Origin: a virus
Taxonomy: Duplodnaviria; Caudoviricetes
Length of the DNA: 63,309 nt
Reading direction: 5' to 3' (one strand)
IMG/VR virus record: IMGVR_UViG_3300006030_000029
Coordinates: 1 to 63,309 of that record
How positions within the stretch are numbered: position 1 is the stretch's first letter; each line of letters opens with the position of its first letter. The translations under genes and the position numbers were made by a program. The notes beneath the pieces are model-generated. The model was given only the letters and a program-made list of their open reading frames with translations, did not search any database and had not been told where the DNA came from. Below, in pieces: positions 28,943-37,208 of the stretch.

Positions 28943-30703
28943 TCAAACGAGTTTGGAGTAGGTTCGGCGGATGGGGTCGTATTTCAGCTTGAACACATCA
29001 AGCCACCCCGTCTCGCGCTGCTTCTCGATAATCACCTCCGCATCGTGCATGGCCTTCTTTTGCTCGTAAGTCAGCCCCTCCTTCATCTTTTCGAGGTTGC
29101 GCTGAATCAGAACAATGTTGTCCACATTGTTTGTGAGCAGGCTACTCCCCTTGATGGAATACATGGACGGGCGATGCCCCTTCGGCGGGTTGATCGGCGG
29201 CTTGCCAAGGTGAGCCACCAGATGCACATGCGTCATGGTCTGCTTGGCGAAGTCTTGGAGCTTTTGCGTGAACTCACCCTGCGCCGGGAAATTCTCCTCC
29301 AGACCCGTGATACGCATCAGGGAATCAATGATGAAATGCTCGCAGCCGTAGCGGCGATAGGCAAACTGCATCATCTCAAAAAGCTCATCTTGGGCAATAG
29401 AGCCAACGTGGTCAACGTAGGCCACGAAGTCCCCGGCATACTTGTAGAATCCCTCAACAGCCTCCGGTGTGGCTTTGCCGTGGAACGTCTCGATCAAACG
29501 CAACATCAGTTTGTGGCATGGCATCTCCAACGAGGCGACCATCATTCTGCGCTCATCGGCTAGGAGGTTGGACATCATAAAGTTTAGGAACGTGGTCTTT
29601 CCGGCGTGGCTATATCCTCCGGTGATCGTCACCTCGCCCGGACGCCACCAGAATCCTTCTTGTGTTGTATGCCACTCGGTCTTTTTGAGGAATGGCAGCG
29701 TGAATGGCTCATCCTTCAAAAGCATTTCGTTCTCCACCCGCTCCTTCAAATCCTTAGCCAAAACCAGCTTCTTGATCTGCGGAATCTTGGCGTTTTCCAC
29801 CCAATCCTTCGCGTCGTCGGCAGTGTATCCGGCCTTCAGGCAGTCATTGGCGTCTTTCTTCGGTGTCGAAATAATCAGGCAGCGGTGCTTTCCAAGGCGG
29901 TTGACGACCGTTTCCATGAACTTCTTCCCCGGTCCGTCAGAATCAAAGGCGATGTAAATGGTCGAAAAGGCCTCCAAGTTCTCCCATTCGTATTCGATCC
30001 AACTCATTCCGGCCCCGTTAGGAATCGAAAGGGCGGCATATCCCCATTGGTGCCAAGTCATCGCGTCAATCTGCCCCTCCGCCAAGATGATCTTCCGGTT
30101 CCGGTAGTCCTGCTCAGTGAGCGATTGCCAGCCAAAAAGCGACGGGGCGCACTCGGCATCCTGCCAGACCCGTTTATTTGCCCCTAGAGTGCGGTAAGAA
30201 CGGTTCAGGAGGGTTCCCGAGGGTGAATAGCTTGGAAACACTATCGCCTTCTTCTGAGGGCATCCTAGCACGGAATACGCGGCAATGGTCTTTTCGGTCA
30301 GCTTTCTCTCATTTTTGAGAAACAGCATCATCTGGCCGTTGGGATTCGGGGCGACGGCATTGATTTCCGGTGGAGTCTTGTAGGTCTTGGTTTTTTCCAT
30401 CTTCACCGCGTCCACAATGCCGAGGTATTCCTTGACCTGTTTGACCGCCTCCGCTGCCGTGACATTCTTGCAGAGACGCCAGAGGTCGATGAGGTCGCCG
30501 TGGTCGGAATCCGTTGACCAGTCCCGCCACTGGCCCGCATAGGTGCCGGTGATGGTGACTTTGAGGCTGTCGCCGGGTTTGCCGGTAACGTCGCCACAGA
30601 CCCATTCGCGCCCGTTCTCCAGCTTTCCAGCCGGAAGGAGCATTTGAGCCACCTTGAGCGGGTTGCTGGCGAGGCGAGCCGAGATTTCCGTGAGAGTGAC
30701 CAT
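28943..30703 (-). CDS. Primase-helicase (Toprim plus SF4 DnaB/Twinkle-like)
   Basis: Toprim 'LAEGQIDAMT...IAFDSDGPG...KDAND'; Walker A GYSHAGKT; 'FIIDSL', 'HLVAH', 'IIEKQR'. Confidence 0.9.
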   Translation of the reverse strand: MVTLTEISARLASNPLKVAQMLLPAGKLENGREWVCGDVTGKPGDSLKVTITGTYAGQWRDWSTDSDHGDLIDLWRLCKNVTAAEAVKQVKEYLGIVDAVKMEKTKTYKTPPEINAVAPNPNGQMMLFLKNERKLTEKTIAAYSVLGCPQKKAIVFPSYSPSGTLLNRSYRTLGANKRVWQDAECAPSLFGWQSLTEQDYRNRKIILAEGQIDAMTWHQWGYAALSIPNGAGMSWIEYEWENLEAFSTIYIAFDSDGPGKKFMETVVNRLGKHRCLIISTPKKDANDCLKAGYTADDAKDWVENAKIPQIKKLVLAKDLKERVENEMLLKDEPFTLPFLKKTEWHTTQEGFWWRPGEVTITGGYSHAGKTTFLNFMMSNLLADERRMMVASLEMPCHKLMLRLIETFHGKATPEAVEGFYKYAGDFVAYVDHVGSIAQDELFEMMQFAYRRYGCEHFIIDSLMRITGLEENFPAQGEFTQKLQDFAKQTMTHVHLVAHLGKPPINPPKGHRPSMYSIKGSSLLTNNVDNIVLIQRNLEKMKEGLTYEQKKAMHDAEVIIEKQRETGWLDVFKLKYDPIRRTYSKLV

Positions 30704-31791
30704 TAGAACAGTTCTCCTTCCGCCAAAGGTTCGATGTCCGTTGGTTCTTCGGAGGGGGCTGGCTGCGCATTTTCAGCAGCCTTGATCTTGGCCTGAATTC
30801 TCTCCCAAGGGGTAGGCTCGTAAACCTGTTCGCCCTCCGGCTCATCCAAGGGCCACAGGTCGCCGGGTTGGGGGTTCTTTTGCGATGGCATGTAGCCCTG
30901 AGCTTTCCATGAGCGGATTGTCATCTGCCAGTTTTTGATTTTCTGCTTGCCGTTCATCCAGCCGTTGCCCTCCCATTTCGACCACAGAGCTTCGGCATCT
31001 CGCGGGGTGAGTCCGTTGTCGCGACAGAACTGGTCGATTTCCTCGCGAGTGGCACGGCTAAGGTTTTTGGAAGGTTTTGCTATTTCCTTGTCTTGTTCTT
31101 TGTCTTTGTCTTTATCCTTTTCTTTGTCTTGTTCTTGGAGACTACCAAGGTAGTCTTCGATAGGATTCCCGGTAGCCTTTGAAAGCCTTTGAATTACCTC
31201 CAAAAAATTCAATCCCTCCTCTTCGCAGAACTTCTTGAGTGGTTTGTCTGACTTTTTAGAGTTTGCAGTAGATGAGCAAACAACCAAATTTGATGGTATC
31301 GCCTTACCATTTAAGGCCTTTGGAATGATATGATCGACAACTGGTGTCTCGCCTTCAAGAAGTTTTCTGTTATAGTAAATACAGAAGTCAACACCATCGC
31401 GGACCAAGATTTCCTTCCTCTTTTCTGGAGTTAAGGTGTTCTTAAATTTTTGGTTTTGCTCAACATAATCTACATCTATGCCATGCTTGGCAAGAGCTGT
31501 GAATACGGGCATGTGAGGCTTGCATTGAGATGATAGCTTGCCGTATTGGAATTGAATGAAGCCGCAAATGAGCAGTTTGTCGCCCATTTGCTCAACCCTT
31601 CCATCCAGAAAAGACAAGTCTTTCAAGGACACCTCATCGCCGATTTGGAAACTGGCAAGCTCCCAATCTGGCTCTATCACACCTGCATGATCGCATTGAT
31701 CCAAGAGCCATTGCCACAACAGTTTGTGCTTCGGCTTCAGTTTTCTAAACCAAGGATTGCTCCATTTTGATGTTTCGGTAAAACGCTTCAT
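30703..31791 (-). CDS. Replication initiator (O-like) with internal HNH domain
   Basis: N-terminal wHTH-like 'W...WFRKL....KLLW.W'; 'DHIIP...G....NLV..S..N..K' HNH; KDKDK repeat; C-terminal 'GWMNGKQKIKNWQMTIRSW'; coupled to the helicase. Confidence 0.75.
   Translation of the reverse strand: MKRFTETSKWSNPWFRKLKPKHKLLWQWLLDQCDHAGVIEPDWELASFQIGDEVSLKDLSFLDGRVEQMGDKLLICGFIQFQYGKLSSQCKPHMPVFTALAKHGIDVDYVEQNQKFKNTLTPEKRKEILVRDGVDFCIYYNRKLLEGETPVVDHIIPKALNGKAIPSNLVVCSSTANSKKSDKPLKKFCEEEGLNFLEVIQRLSKATGNPIEDYLGSLQEQDKEKDKDKDKEQDKEIAKPSKNLSRATREEIDQFCRDNGLTPRDAEALWSKWEGNGWMNGKQKIKNWQMTIRSWKAQGYMPSQKNPQPGDLWPLDEPEGEQVYEPTPWERIQAKIKAAENAQPAPSEEPTDIEPLAEGELF
31085..31200. other. Putative replication origin within the initiator gene
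   Basis: Purine-skewed (TCTTTG)n tract next to short repeats AGACTACC, GGTAGTCTT, GGTAGCCTT and AAGCCTT, as in lambdoid O genes. Confidence 0.45.
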
Positions 31792-31799
31792 GTCTCTAA

Positions 31800-31950
31800 A
31801 AAGGCCCTGCCCACGCAGCCAAGGGTGGAAAACCGACGAGCGCGGCGTCCTTGACAGGTGGGCAGGATTTAATCTTTAGGGTTTTCATTGCTCGTTGAGC
31901 CGTTTCCACGCGGCTTTACTTGCCTATACCACAGCGCAAAACGCTGTCAA
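31800..31950 (-). promoter_or_regulatory. Promoter plus structured leader of the replication operon
   Basis: TTGACA(31950-45)-N16-TATAGG; hairpin CCTGCCCAC/GTGGGCAGG; bipartite complementarity GTGGAAA/TTTCCAC and ACGAGC/GCTCGT. Confidence 0.55.
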
Positions 31951-32117
31951 ACCGGAGGCTTCATCGCCTGCTAAAGCCTCCCGTCGCGACCATTGTAATC
32001 AAAAAGAAGTAGATGGCCCACAAGATAACCGTGGCATCAACCTCCATGGGCTTATCAGGTTCCGGCTGGCTACCCGGATATTCATGCCAGAATGCTAGTG
32101 TTTTCATATAGGTTAAT

Positions 32118-32147
32118 CTCCAGCCACAAACTTAATCAACGCCACAA
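32118..32147 (-). repeat. 30-bp regulatory repeat, copy 1 (copy 2 at 33022-33051)
   Basis: CTCCAGCCACAAACTTAATCAACGCCACAA versus CTCCCGCCACAAACTTAATCAGTGCCACAA, 27/30 identical. Confidence 0.75.
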
Positions 32148-32154
32148 AACGCTG

Positions 32155-32373
32155 TCAATTTCTCAAGCTAATCATGGCATTGTCGATTGCTTGCTTTAGA
32201 ATAGGCCATTCATCAGGATCAATCAAAATCGTTCCATCTTCATTGACATGAGGTTGATGAATTTTCAAAAACTCACCTGCGGCTTCGTCTTCAACGGTAA
32301 TGACTGTTGCTCTTTCGTGAAAAATGGCCTCTCCATCTGGAATAATGGTCCATTGTGTAGGTCTTGTAATCAT
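32155..32373 (-). CDS. Hypothetical protein
   Basis: 72-aa acidic ORF with 'TVEDEAAGEFL...IDPDEW'. Confidence 0.65.
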   Translation of the reverse strand: MITRPTQWTIIPDGEAIFHERATVITVEDEAAGEFLKIHQPHVNEDGTILIDPDEWPILKQAIDNAMISLRN

Positions 32374-32394
32374 GGTATTCGGTGGGTTGTTAGA

Positions 32395-32991
32395 TCATTC
32401 GGGTTCTCCAATCTGGCATTCAGCCGTGTAAAGGTGCTCAAGGGACTCGAAACGGGGCAGTTCTTCGCAGGGTTTCTGGAAAGCTGCATCCACGCTCAAC
32501 ACTCGGTTGTTAGGCACGGCGGCAAACCATCCCTGCTCAACCTGAAGGACATGGAGCTGTTTATGTTGTTCAAAATCGTTGGCCAACGCATTACCTTCGA
32601 AATCAATCGTGAACAGGTAGCGAGATGCGAGCCTTGCCGGGTATCCTTTGACGCCACGCACGTTTAGCAGTTGGGCATTACCGCGTTTCCAGAGGCCAAA
32701 CTCATGCACGGTGAAGTGCGATGAGAAGGTATCCCACGGCTGAATAAGCTCCACGTCCGGCATTTTGCACTCCTTCCAGCACAGGGCTTGGATTGGCAGG
32801 CAGAACATGGCTCCGGCGCAATCAGGCTCGTCAAACCTTACCTGAAACTGGAGGCTCGCTGCTTCCTGACACCGAACGCCGAGGATGTGGGCTTTCAGGT
32901 ATCGCCCTTTGCCGGTCAGGTGGTTCTGCGTGAACTCTTTGCGGACGAGGCAGCGGACGATGGATGGCGTGTCGGAGAGAATGTATGGCAT
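32395..32991 (-). CDS. Conserved phage hypothetical protein
   Basis: 198 aa, 'MPY....P...CLVRKE...PWD.FS...HKQLH...PNNR', a pattern seen in aquatic phages. Confidence 0.7.
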   Translation of the reverse strand: MPYILSDTPSIVRCLVRKEFTQNHLTGKGRYLKAHILGVRCQEAASLQFQVRFDEPDCAGAMFCLPIQALCWKECKMPDVELIQPWDTFSSHFTVHEFGLWKRGNAQLLNVRGVKGYPARLASRYLFTIDFEGNALANDFEQHKQLHVLQVEQGWFAAVPNNRVLSVDAAFQKPCEELPRFESLEHLYTAECQIGEPE

Positions 32992-33021
32992 GGTATTGAG
33001 CCTCGTTGGTCATGGATCACG

Positions 33022-33051
33022 CTCCCGCCACAAACTTAATCAGTGCCACAA
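33022..33051 (-). repeat. 30-bp regulatory repeat, copy 2
   Basis: See 32118-32147. Confidence 0.75.
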
Positions 33052-33167
33052 CGACTAGCAGGCCAAGAGCCAGCCATCCAAGGGCCATCGCGCCTACGAC
33101 GAGGCAGCTTCCGGCCATGATGGCCTTTTCGGTTTTATCGACGGGTGGTTGTTTGGGGTAGTTGGAT

Positions 33168-33702
33168 TCAGTTTCGTTCATATTGCTTGTCTCCTATTGT
33201 CGAGAAAATCTCCACCATCTCATCCAGTTCGTCAACGGCGGCGTCCCAAATGCAGTCCCGGTGGATGGGGTGGTAGCTTGAAATTTGATGGGCCAGCAGG
33301 TCGATGAGGATTTTCGTCACCTCCTCCTTGTCGGCTTTTGTGACTGACAGCGTGGATGCCAGACGGTGCGCTAGGCGGTGGGCTGGCGAGGCTTTGGTGT
33401 TGGGCATGTTATTAAGATGGAATTTCAATAAATGCTAAACCATCACAAACTTCGCATGTATGCCTTGTGGCTTCTTTATGATCTGGAAAGCAAGGATTTC
33501 CATCCGCGTCATAGCACTGAATTTCTTTGCCATCACCGTCGCAGTGGGGGCATTTGCGAAATGCGATAACGCCTTTGATGACATCTCGAAGCCAATCTGT
33601 TTCACAAACAATAGAATTCATTTGATAGTCCTCCGGCAGTATTAAGCAAGGAGCAACGCATCTGAGATGGCATGCGTGCATTTGATGTTTAACATGATTC
33701 AA
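33168..33702 (-). CDS. Two hypothetical genes (33168-33407; 33412-33702 with DnaJ-type CxxCxGxG zinc finger)
   Basis: CPHCDGDG and CEVCDGL motifs in the second. Confidence 0.55.
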
Positions 33703-34039
33703 CGATTATGATTATTTTTTCTTCTTCCCCTTTTTGAGCCTTGCGCTGGCTTGTCTCAATTTTTGTTTTGTCCGCTTCGTCGCCAGATATGACTCCAGCG
33801 TATCGCAGTAGGTCAACATGATACTTCTCGCACAGATTATCTTCATCGAGGAGTCGTTTGCGGACGCTTTCAACGCGGACAAGAACTCTGCCGCCAGTTG
33901 GTCTTTGAACTTCTTTCTGCGCCAATGGTTCATCGACAGGACTTCGTTCCACGACGGCAGGCGTCCCGGTATTTCGAGCGAGAAGATCAGGACTGGCGTT
34001 TGGGAAGAGTCTGAGAATGCCATGATAGCCGGGTTTCAT
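33689..34039 (-). CDS. RusA-like Holliday junction resolvase (catalytic half)
   Basis: 'RLLDEDNL..KYHVDLLRYAGVISGD' matches the RusA D-x-D-N...K...D...G...D pattern. Confidence 0.6.
   Translation of the reverse strand: MKPGYHGILRLFPNASPDLLARNTGTPAVVERSPVDEPLAQKEVQRPTGGRVLVRVESVRKRLLDEDNLCEKYHVDLLRYAGVISGDEADKTKIETSQRKAQKGEEEKIIIIVESC
33712..34023 (-). CDS. Overlapping ORF carrying a RusA-like N-terminal motif
   Basis: 'LEIPGRLPSWNEVLSMNHWRRKKFK' in another frame of the same DNA. Confidence 0.45.
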   Translation of the reverse strand: MAFSDSSQTPVLIFSLEIPGRLPSWNEVLSMNHWRRKKFKDQLAAEFLSALKASANDSSMKIICARSIMLTYCDTLESYLATKRTKQKLRQASARLKKGKKKK

Positions 34040-34142
34040 TTTAAAACTTTGAGTAAAAAGATTGTTCCGCAAATAATAGTCACGATGATAACCAAAGCGG
34101 CAGGCCAGTTTCCAGAAGATTCGCAGGCTAAAATAAAAGTAT

Positions 34143-34982
34143 TCATGCTTTTTCTTGCGCGATGATTTGAACAAAAGGTTTGCCAATGCCAGTCGAGCGA
34201 TAGCGGAGGTCGATCACCAGACCACAGGCGTGCGAGCCGAGGAACTGGAGCTTGACCTCGGCGGGAACGTCGCCGTGCGTGGCTTGGATGGATTGAAGCT
34301 GGGATATTAGTTCGGAGATTGGCATAGCTGAGTAGGTTTCGCGTTCATGTCGATTTCCAGACCAAACTCGGGCGATGTCTCGCCGCGTCGTTCAACCGGA
34401 AGGTCGGACACCATGACAGGCTTGGTGGTGGCTGTAAGCTGCTGGCGGGTGATGATGGTTCGCCCGTTAATCTTGTTGAGATGCAGGCCAAGGGCTTCGC
34501 AGACCTTACGCAGGCGGCCAATAGGCGATGTGACACCGTTGATGGGTGGAGCAGGTGGAACAAGCGAAAGCGTGTCATAAACGCCAATCCGCTCAATATC
34601 CCGCATCGCAGTCATGGCCCAGTTGCGAGAAGACCAAGGCAGCTTTTGGAGCTTGTTGAGAGACTCAATGTTGGCAAGAATCCATGCGATCATGGAGGCT
34701 TTGCGACCTTTGCGGACCTTGCCGTTCATCTGCGCGGTCCATTCGACCATCTCGGCGATGGTGCATTTCTTTTGGTTTGGCGTTTTCATATTATTCTTCG
34801 CAAACGTCTATTGTCCCATCCTTGTTTGTCTGGCATGAGAACCATGCGTCACATTCAGGACATTGCTCGGAAGCGCATGATTCTGGTCCGAATTTACCCG
34901 GAATTACAAAATCTTTTGCGGGTCCGTCTAATTCCTCTCCGCAAGCTGGGCATGAAAGTGTTTGATCTGGTTTAAGCGTCAT
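34143..34982 (-). CDS. Three hypothetical genes (34143-34325; 34307-34789; 34791-34982, Zn ribbon)
   Basis: Contiguous minus-strand ORFs; CPAC and CPEC in the last. Confidence 0.55.
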
Positions 34983-34986
34983 AAGG

Positions 34987-35343
34987 TTAGGCAAGTTTAC
35001 CGTGCATGTGCGGACGGCTGGCGTTGTATTGCATCTTGATGTGAATGGCGCGGCCAAGGTCGATGCCGAATGCCGTGGCTGAGTCAAAGCAGCGGATGGC
35101 AATGTCGGCGAACTCTTCTTCGGCGCATGTGAGGGGAACTTCTTTGTCGCAGGGCTGGTTAAGATGGCCTTTGCGAGCTGCTTCCCAAAGCTCGGAGATT
35201 TCGCCGTGGAGGTTGGCCGTCCATGCAGCCATGAGTTCCACGTTGTCTTTGTCTCCATCGCTGTCGTGAAAGCCTTTACGTTTGGCGTTCTGGTAACAAT
35301 CGGAGGCAATTTTGTTGATGAGGTCGATTTCGTCGGAGGTCAT
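34987..35343 (-). CDS. MazG-like NTP pyrophosphohydrolase
   Basis: 'LHGEISELWEAARK...EEEFADIAIR.FD...KMQYNASRP'. Confidence 0.8.
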   Translation of the reverse strand: MTSDEIDLINKIASDCYQNAKRKGFHDSDGDKDNVELMAAWTANLHGEISELWEAARKGHLNQPCDKEVPLTCAEEEFADIAIRCFDSATAFGIDLGRAIHIKMQYNASRPHMHGKLA

Positions 35344-35405
35344 ATAGGTAACTGTAAGCTGAGTTTTGCGCGTTGTCGAGTCGCGCCCCTCGGTTGTTGT
35401 GTGGT

Positions 35406-35852
35406 CTAGAACGGAATTCTTCCGTCCTTATCAGATTCTTCTTCAGCCTGCCTGATAAAAGCAGATTTTGCGGCATCTTTCTTCGCAGCCTTCGAGCCGT
35501 AGTCTTTCACAGTGTTCTTGGCGGCATATTCACCAGATGCAGGCTCGATGTCGATGCGGACCTTGCCGCATGCCCCAACGAGGTCTGCGGATTGCACAGA
35601 GCCAGCATTGTAGGCGTCGATCATGCCGACAGTCTCGAAGAAATGGCGCAGTTTGTAGGCCATTGCCTCCATCAGGTAGTCGGTGACGAACTGGAAGCCT
35701 TCGCCGTGGAAGACCTTCAGGTTGACCTTAATCATCTCGTTGCCTTTTTTGGATACGGCATCTTCGGCTTTAACGACCTCGAAGTCGTATTCTCCTTTGG
35801 GAAGGAGGTTTTCAAAGTCGAGTTCTTCTTGTGTTTTGGGTGTGAAGCGCAT
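35406..35852 (-). CDS. DUF669-type ssDNA-binding protein
   Basis: 'LLPKGEY.FEV..AE...SKKGNEMI...N.VKDY' with an acidic tail ending in PF. Confidence 0.75.
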   Translation of the reverse strand: MRFTPKTQEELDFENLLPKGEYDFEVVKAEDAVSKKGNEMIKVNLKVFHGEGFQFVTDYLMEAMAYKLRHFFETVGMIDAYNAGSVQSADLVGACGKVRIDIEPASGEYAAKNTVKDYGSKAAKKDAAKSAFIRQAEEESDKDGRIPF

Positions 35853-35866
35853 GGCTTGTGTTTGGT

Positions 35867-36751
35867 TTATTTGTTGGGGGTGATCTTGGCGAGGAGGGCT
35901 TTGATGGCCTTGCTAGCTTGGTCGGTGTCAAGCTCGCTCCAGTCAGAAGCAGAAGCCCTTGTAAGCCATTTCTGTTTTTCTTCCTCGCTCATCTTGAGGA
36001 GGTCGGAAAGGCGGACGATTTCGGCCACCTGTTCGGGCGTGGCGAGGGTGATGACTTTGCTTTCAGCGTCGATCACATCTTTGCCGTAGCGAAGAGCGAA
36101 CTCGCTGTAATCAAGTTGGAAGCGTTCGCGGTCAGGAAAGCCTTGAAGGCGGGATTTGCGGATCAAACCAACGCGGGACTGGCCTTGCTTGAGCACCTGA
36201 ATGGAGAGGTCCAATTCGTATTGAACTTTGTCCCAGCAGTCGAAGGTGGTTCCAACCTGAGTGCGGTTGCCTTGCCCATCCACGCCCCATTCTTCCTTTT
36301 CATGGCAGATCAGGACGACGTTCATCGGCAGGCGATGAATCCAGTTCATCAGACGGCGCATGAAGGCCACAGCGGGTTTCTTCGAGGCACCAAAAGCGTC
36401 TTTATCTCCAAGGCGTTCCTGTTCGTTGGCGACAAGCGTGTTGAACAGCTTGGTGATGGAATCCACGACAACGGTTTTGAATCCATGCTTTTCCGTGGCG
36501 AGTGCTTGGAACTGCGAGATGACAGTCTCGCCATCAAGGGAACCATCTTCCGGCCCCATAATCATGCCGCCAGACTTGGTCAGCTTGTCCATGTAATGAG
36601 AACGAGCAGCACCGCCCTCCGTGTCGATGTAGTAGCAACTTGGGAAGTCCAAGCTGAACCATGTTTTGCCGACGCCTGATGCGCCGAAGATGAGAATTTT
36701 GGGTTTGGATGGCTCGACTTTATCGGGCGTTTTTGCTTTGAGTTTGCTCAT
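35867..36751 (-). CDS. Sak4-like AAA_24 ssDNA-annealing ATPase
   Basis: GASGVGKT, YIDTEGG, VVVDSIT, LICH; adjacent to the SSB-like gene. Confidence 0.8.
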   Translation of the reverse strand: MSKLKAKTPDKVEPSKPKILIFGASGVGKTWFSLDFPSCYYIDTEGGAARSHYMDKLTKSGGMIMGPEDGSLDGETVISQFQALATEKHGFKTVVVDSITKLFNTLVANEQERLGDKDAFGASKKPAVAFMRRLMNWIHRLPMNVVLICHEKEEWGVDGQGNRTQVGTTFDCWDKVQYELDLSIQVLKQGQSRVGLIRKSRLQGFPDRERFQLDYSEFALRYGKDVIDAESKVITLATPEQVAEIVRLSDLLKMSEEEKQKWLTRASASDWSELDTDQASKAIKALLAKITPNK

Positions 36752-36807
36752 AGGAGTAGATTTCAACATTAACATGCGGCTGTGTGATTTACAACCTCAA
36801 CCTTACG

Positions 36808-36847
36808 GAAAAAGAACAACCCGCCTGCGTGAACAAGCGGGTTGTCT
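36808..36847 (-). terminator. Rho-independent terminator after the RNA genes
   Basis: ACAACCCGC/GCGGGTTGT stem followed on the minus strand by TCTTTTT. Confidence 0.65.
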
Positions 36848-36918
36848 TGCCATAGCTCTATTCGAGCAGAATTCGTGATGGCATCACTATCTGGTTTAGC
36901 ACTGCTACCAGCAAGCGT

Positions 36919-37041
36919 TGAGCGCGGCAGGATTTGAACCTGCATTTTAGAGCATCTTCATCCATCATCTCCGGGAAGCATTTCACCAGATGAAGGCTTG
37001 GGATTACCCGGCCCAGCGTCTTTACATTCCGCCACGCGCTC
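36919..37041 (-). ncRNA. tRNA-like RNA with an expanded anticodon arm (no assignable anticodon)
   Basis: Acceptor GAGCGCG/CGCGCTC-A, D-arm GCGGAATGTAAAGACGC, T-arm GCAGG-TTCAAAT-CCTGC; about 60 nt enclosed by the anticodon stem. Confidence 0.7.
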
Positions 37042-37045
37042 AAAT

Positions 37046-37203
37046 TGGTTGCCTGCCGCCGCGAGATTCCAAGGCTGTGCATCCGCTTGGACCGGCTGAT
37101 ATTCTCACTCGTTGCTTCTCGCGCTTTTCTGCCACTACTTGTTCGTCGGAAATTTCCAATCCACTTTGGCGACATACTTCGGCCAGCACAGGCACGGCAG
37201 GCA
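37046..37203 (-). ncRNA. Candidate 158-nt RNA with terminal stem and 3' ACCA
   Basis: TGCCTGCCG/CGGCAGGCA closing stem followed by ACCA, ending 4 nt upstream of the tRNA-like RNA. Confidence 0.45.
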
Positions 37204-37208
37204 AATCA

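Noticed and set aside
36919-37041. Canonical tRNA with an assignable anticodon
   Set aside because: No 7-nt anticodon loop; kept as tRNA-like only.
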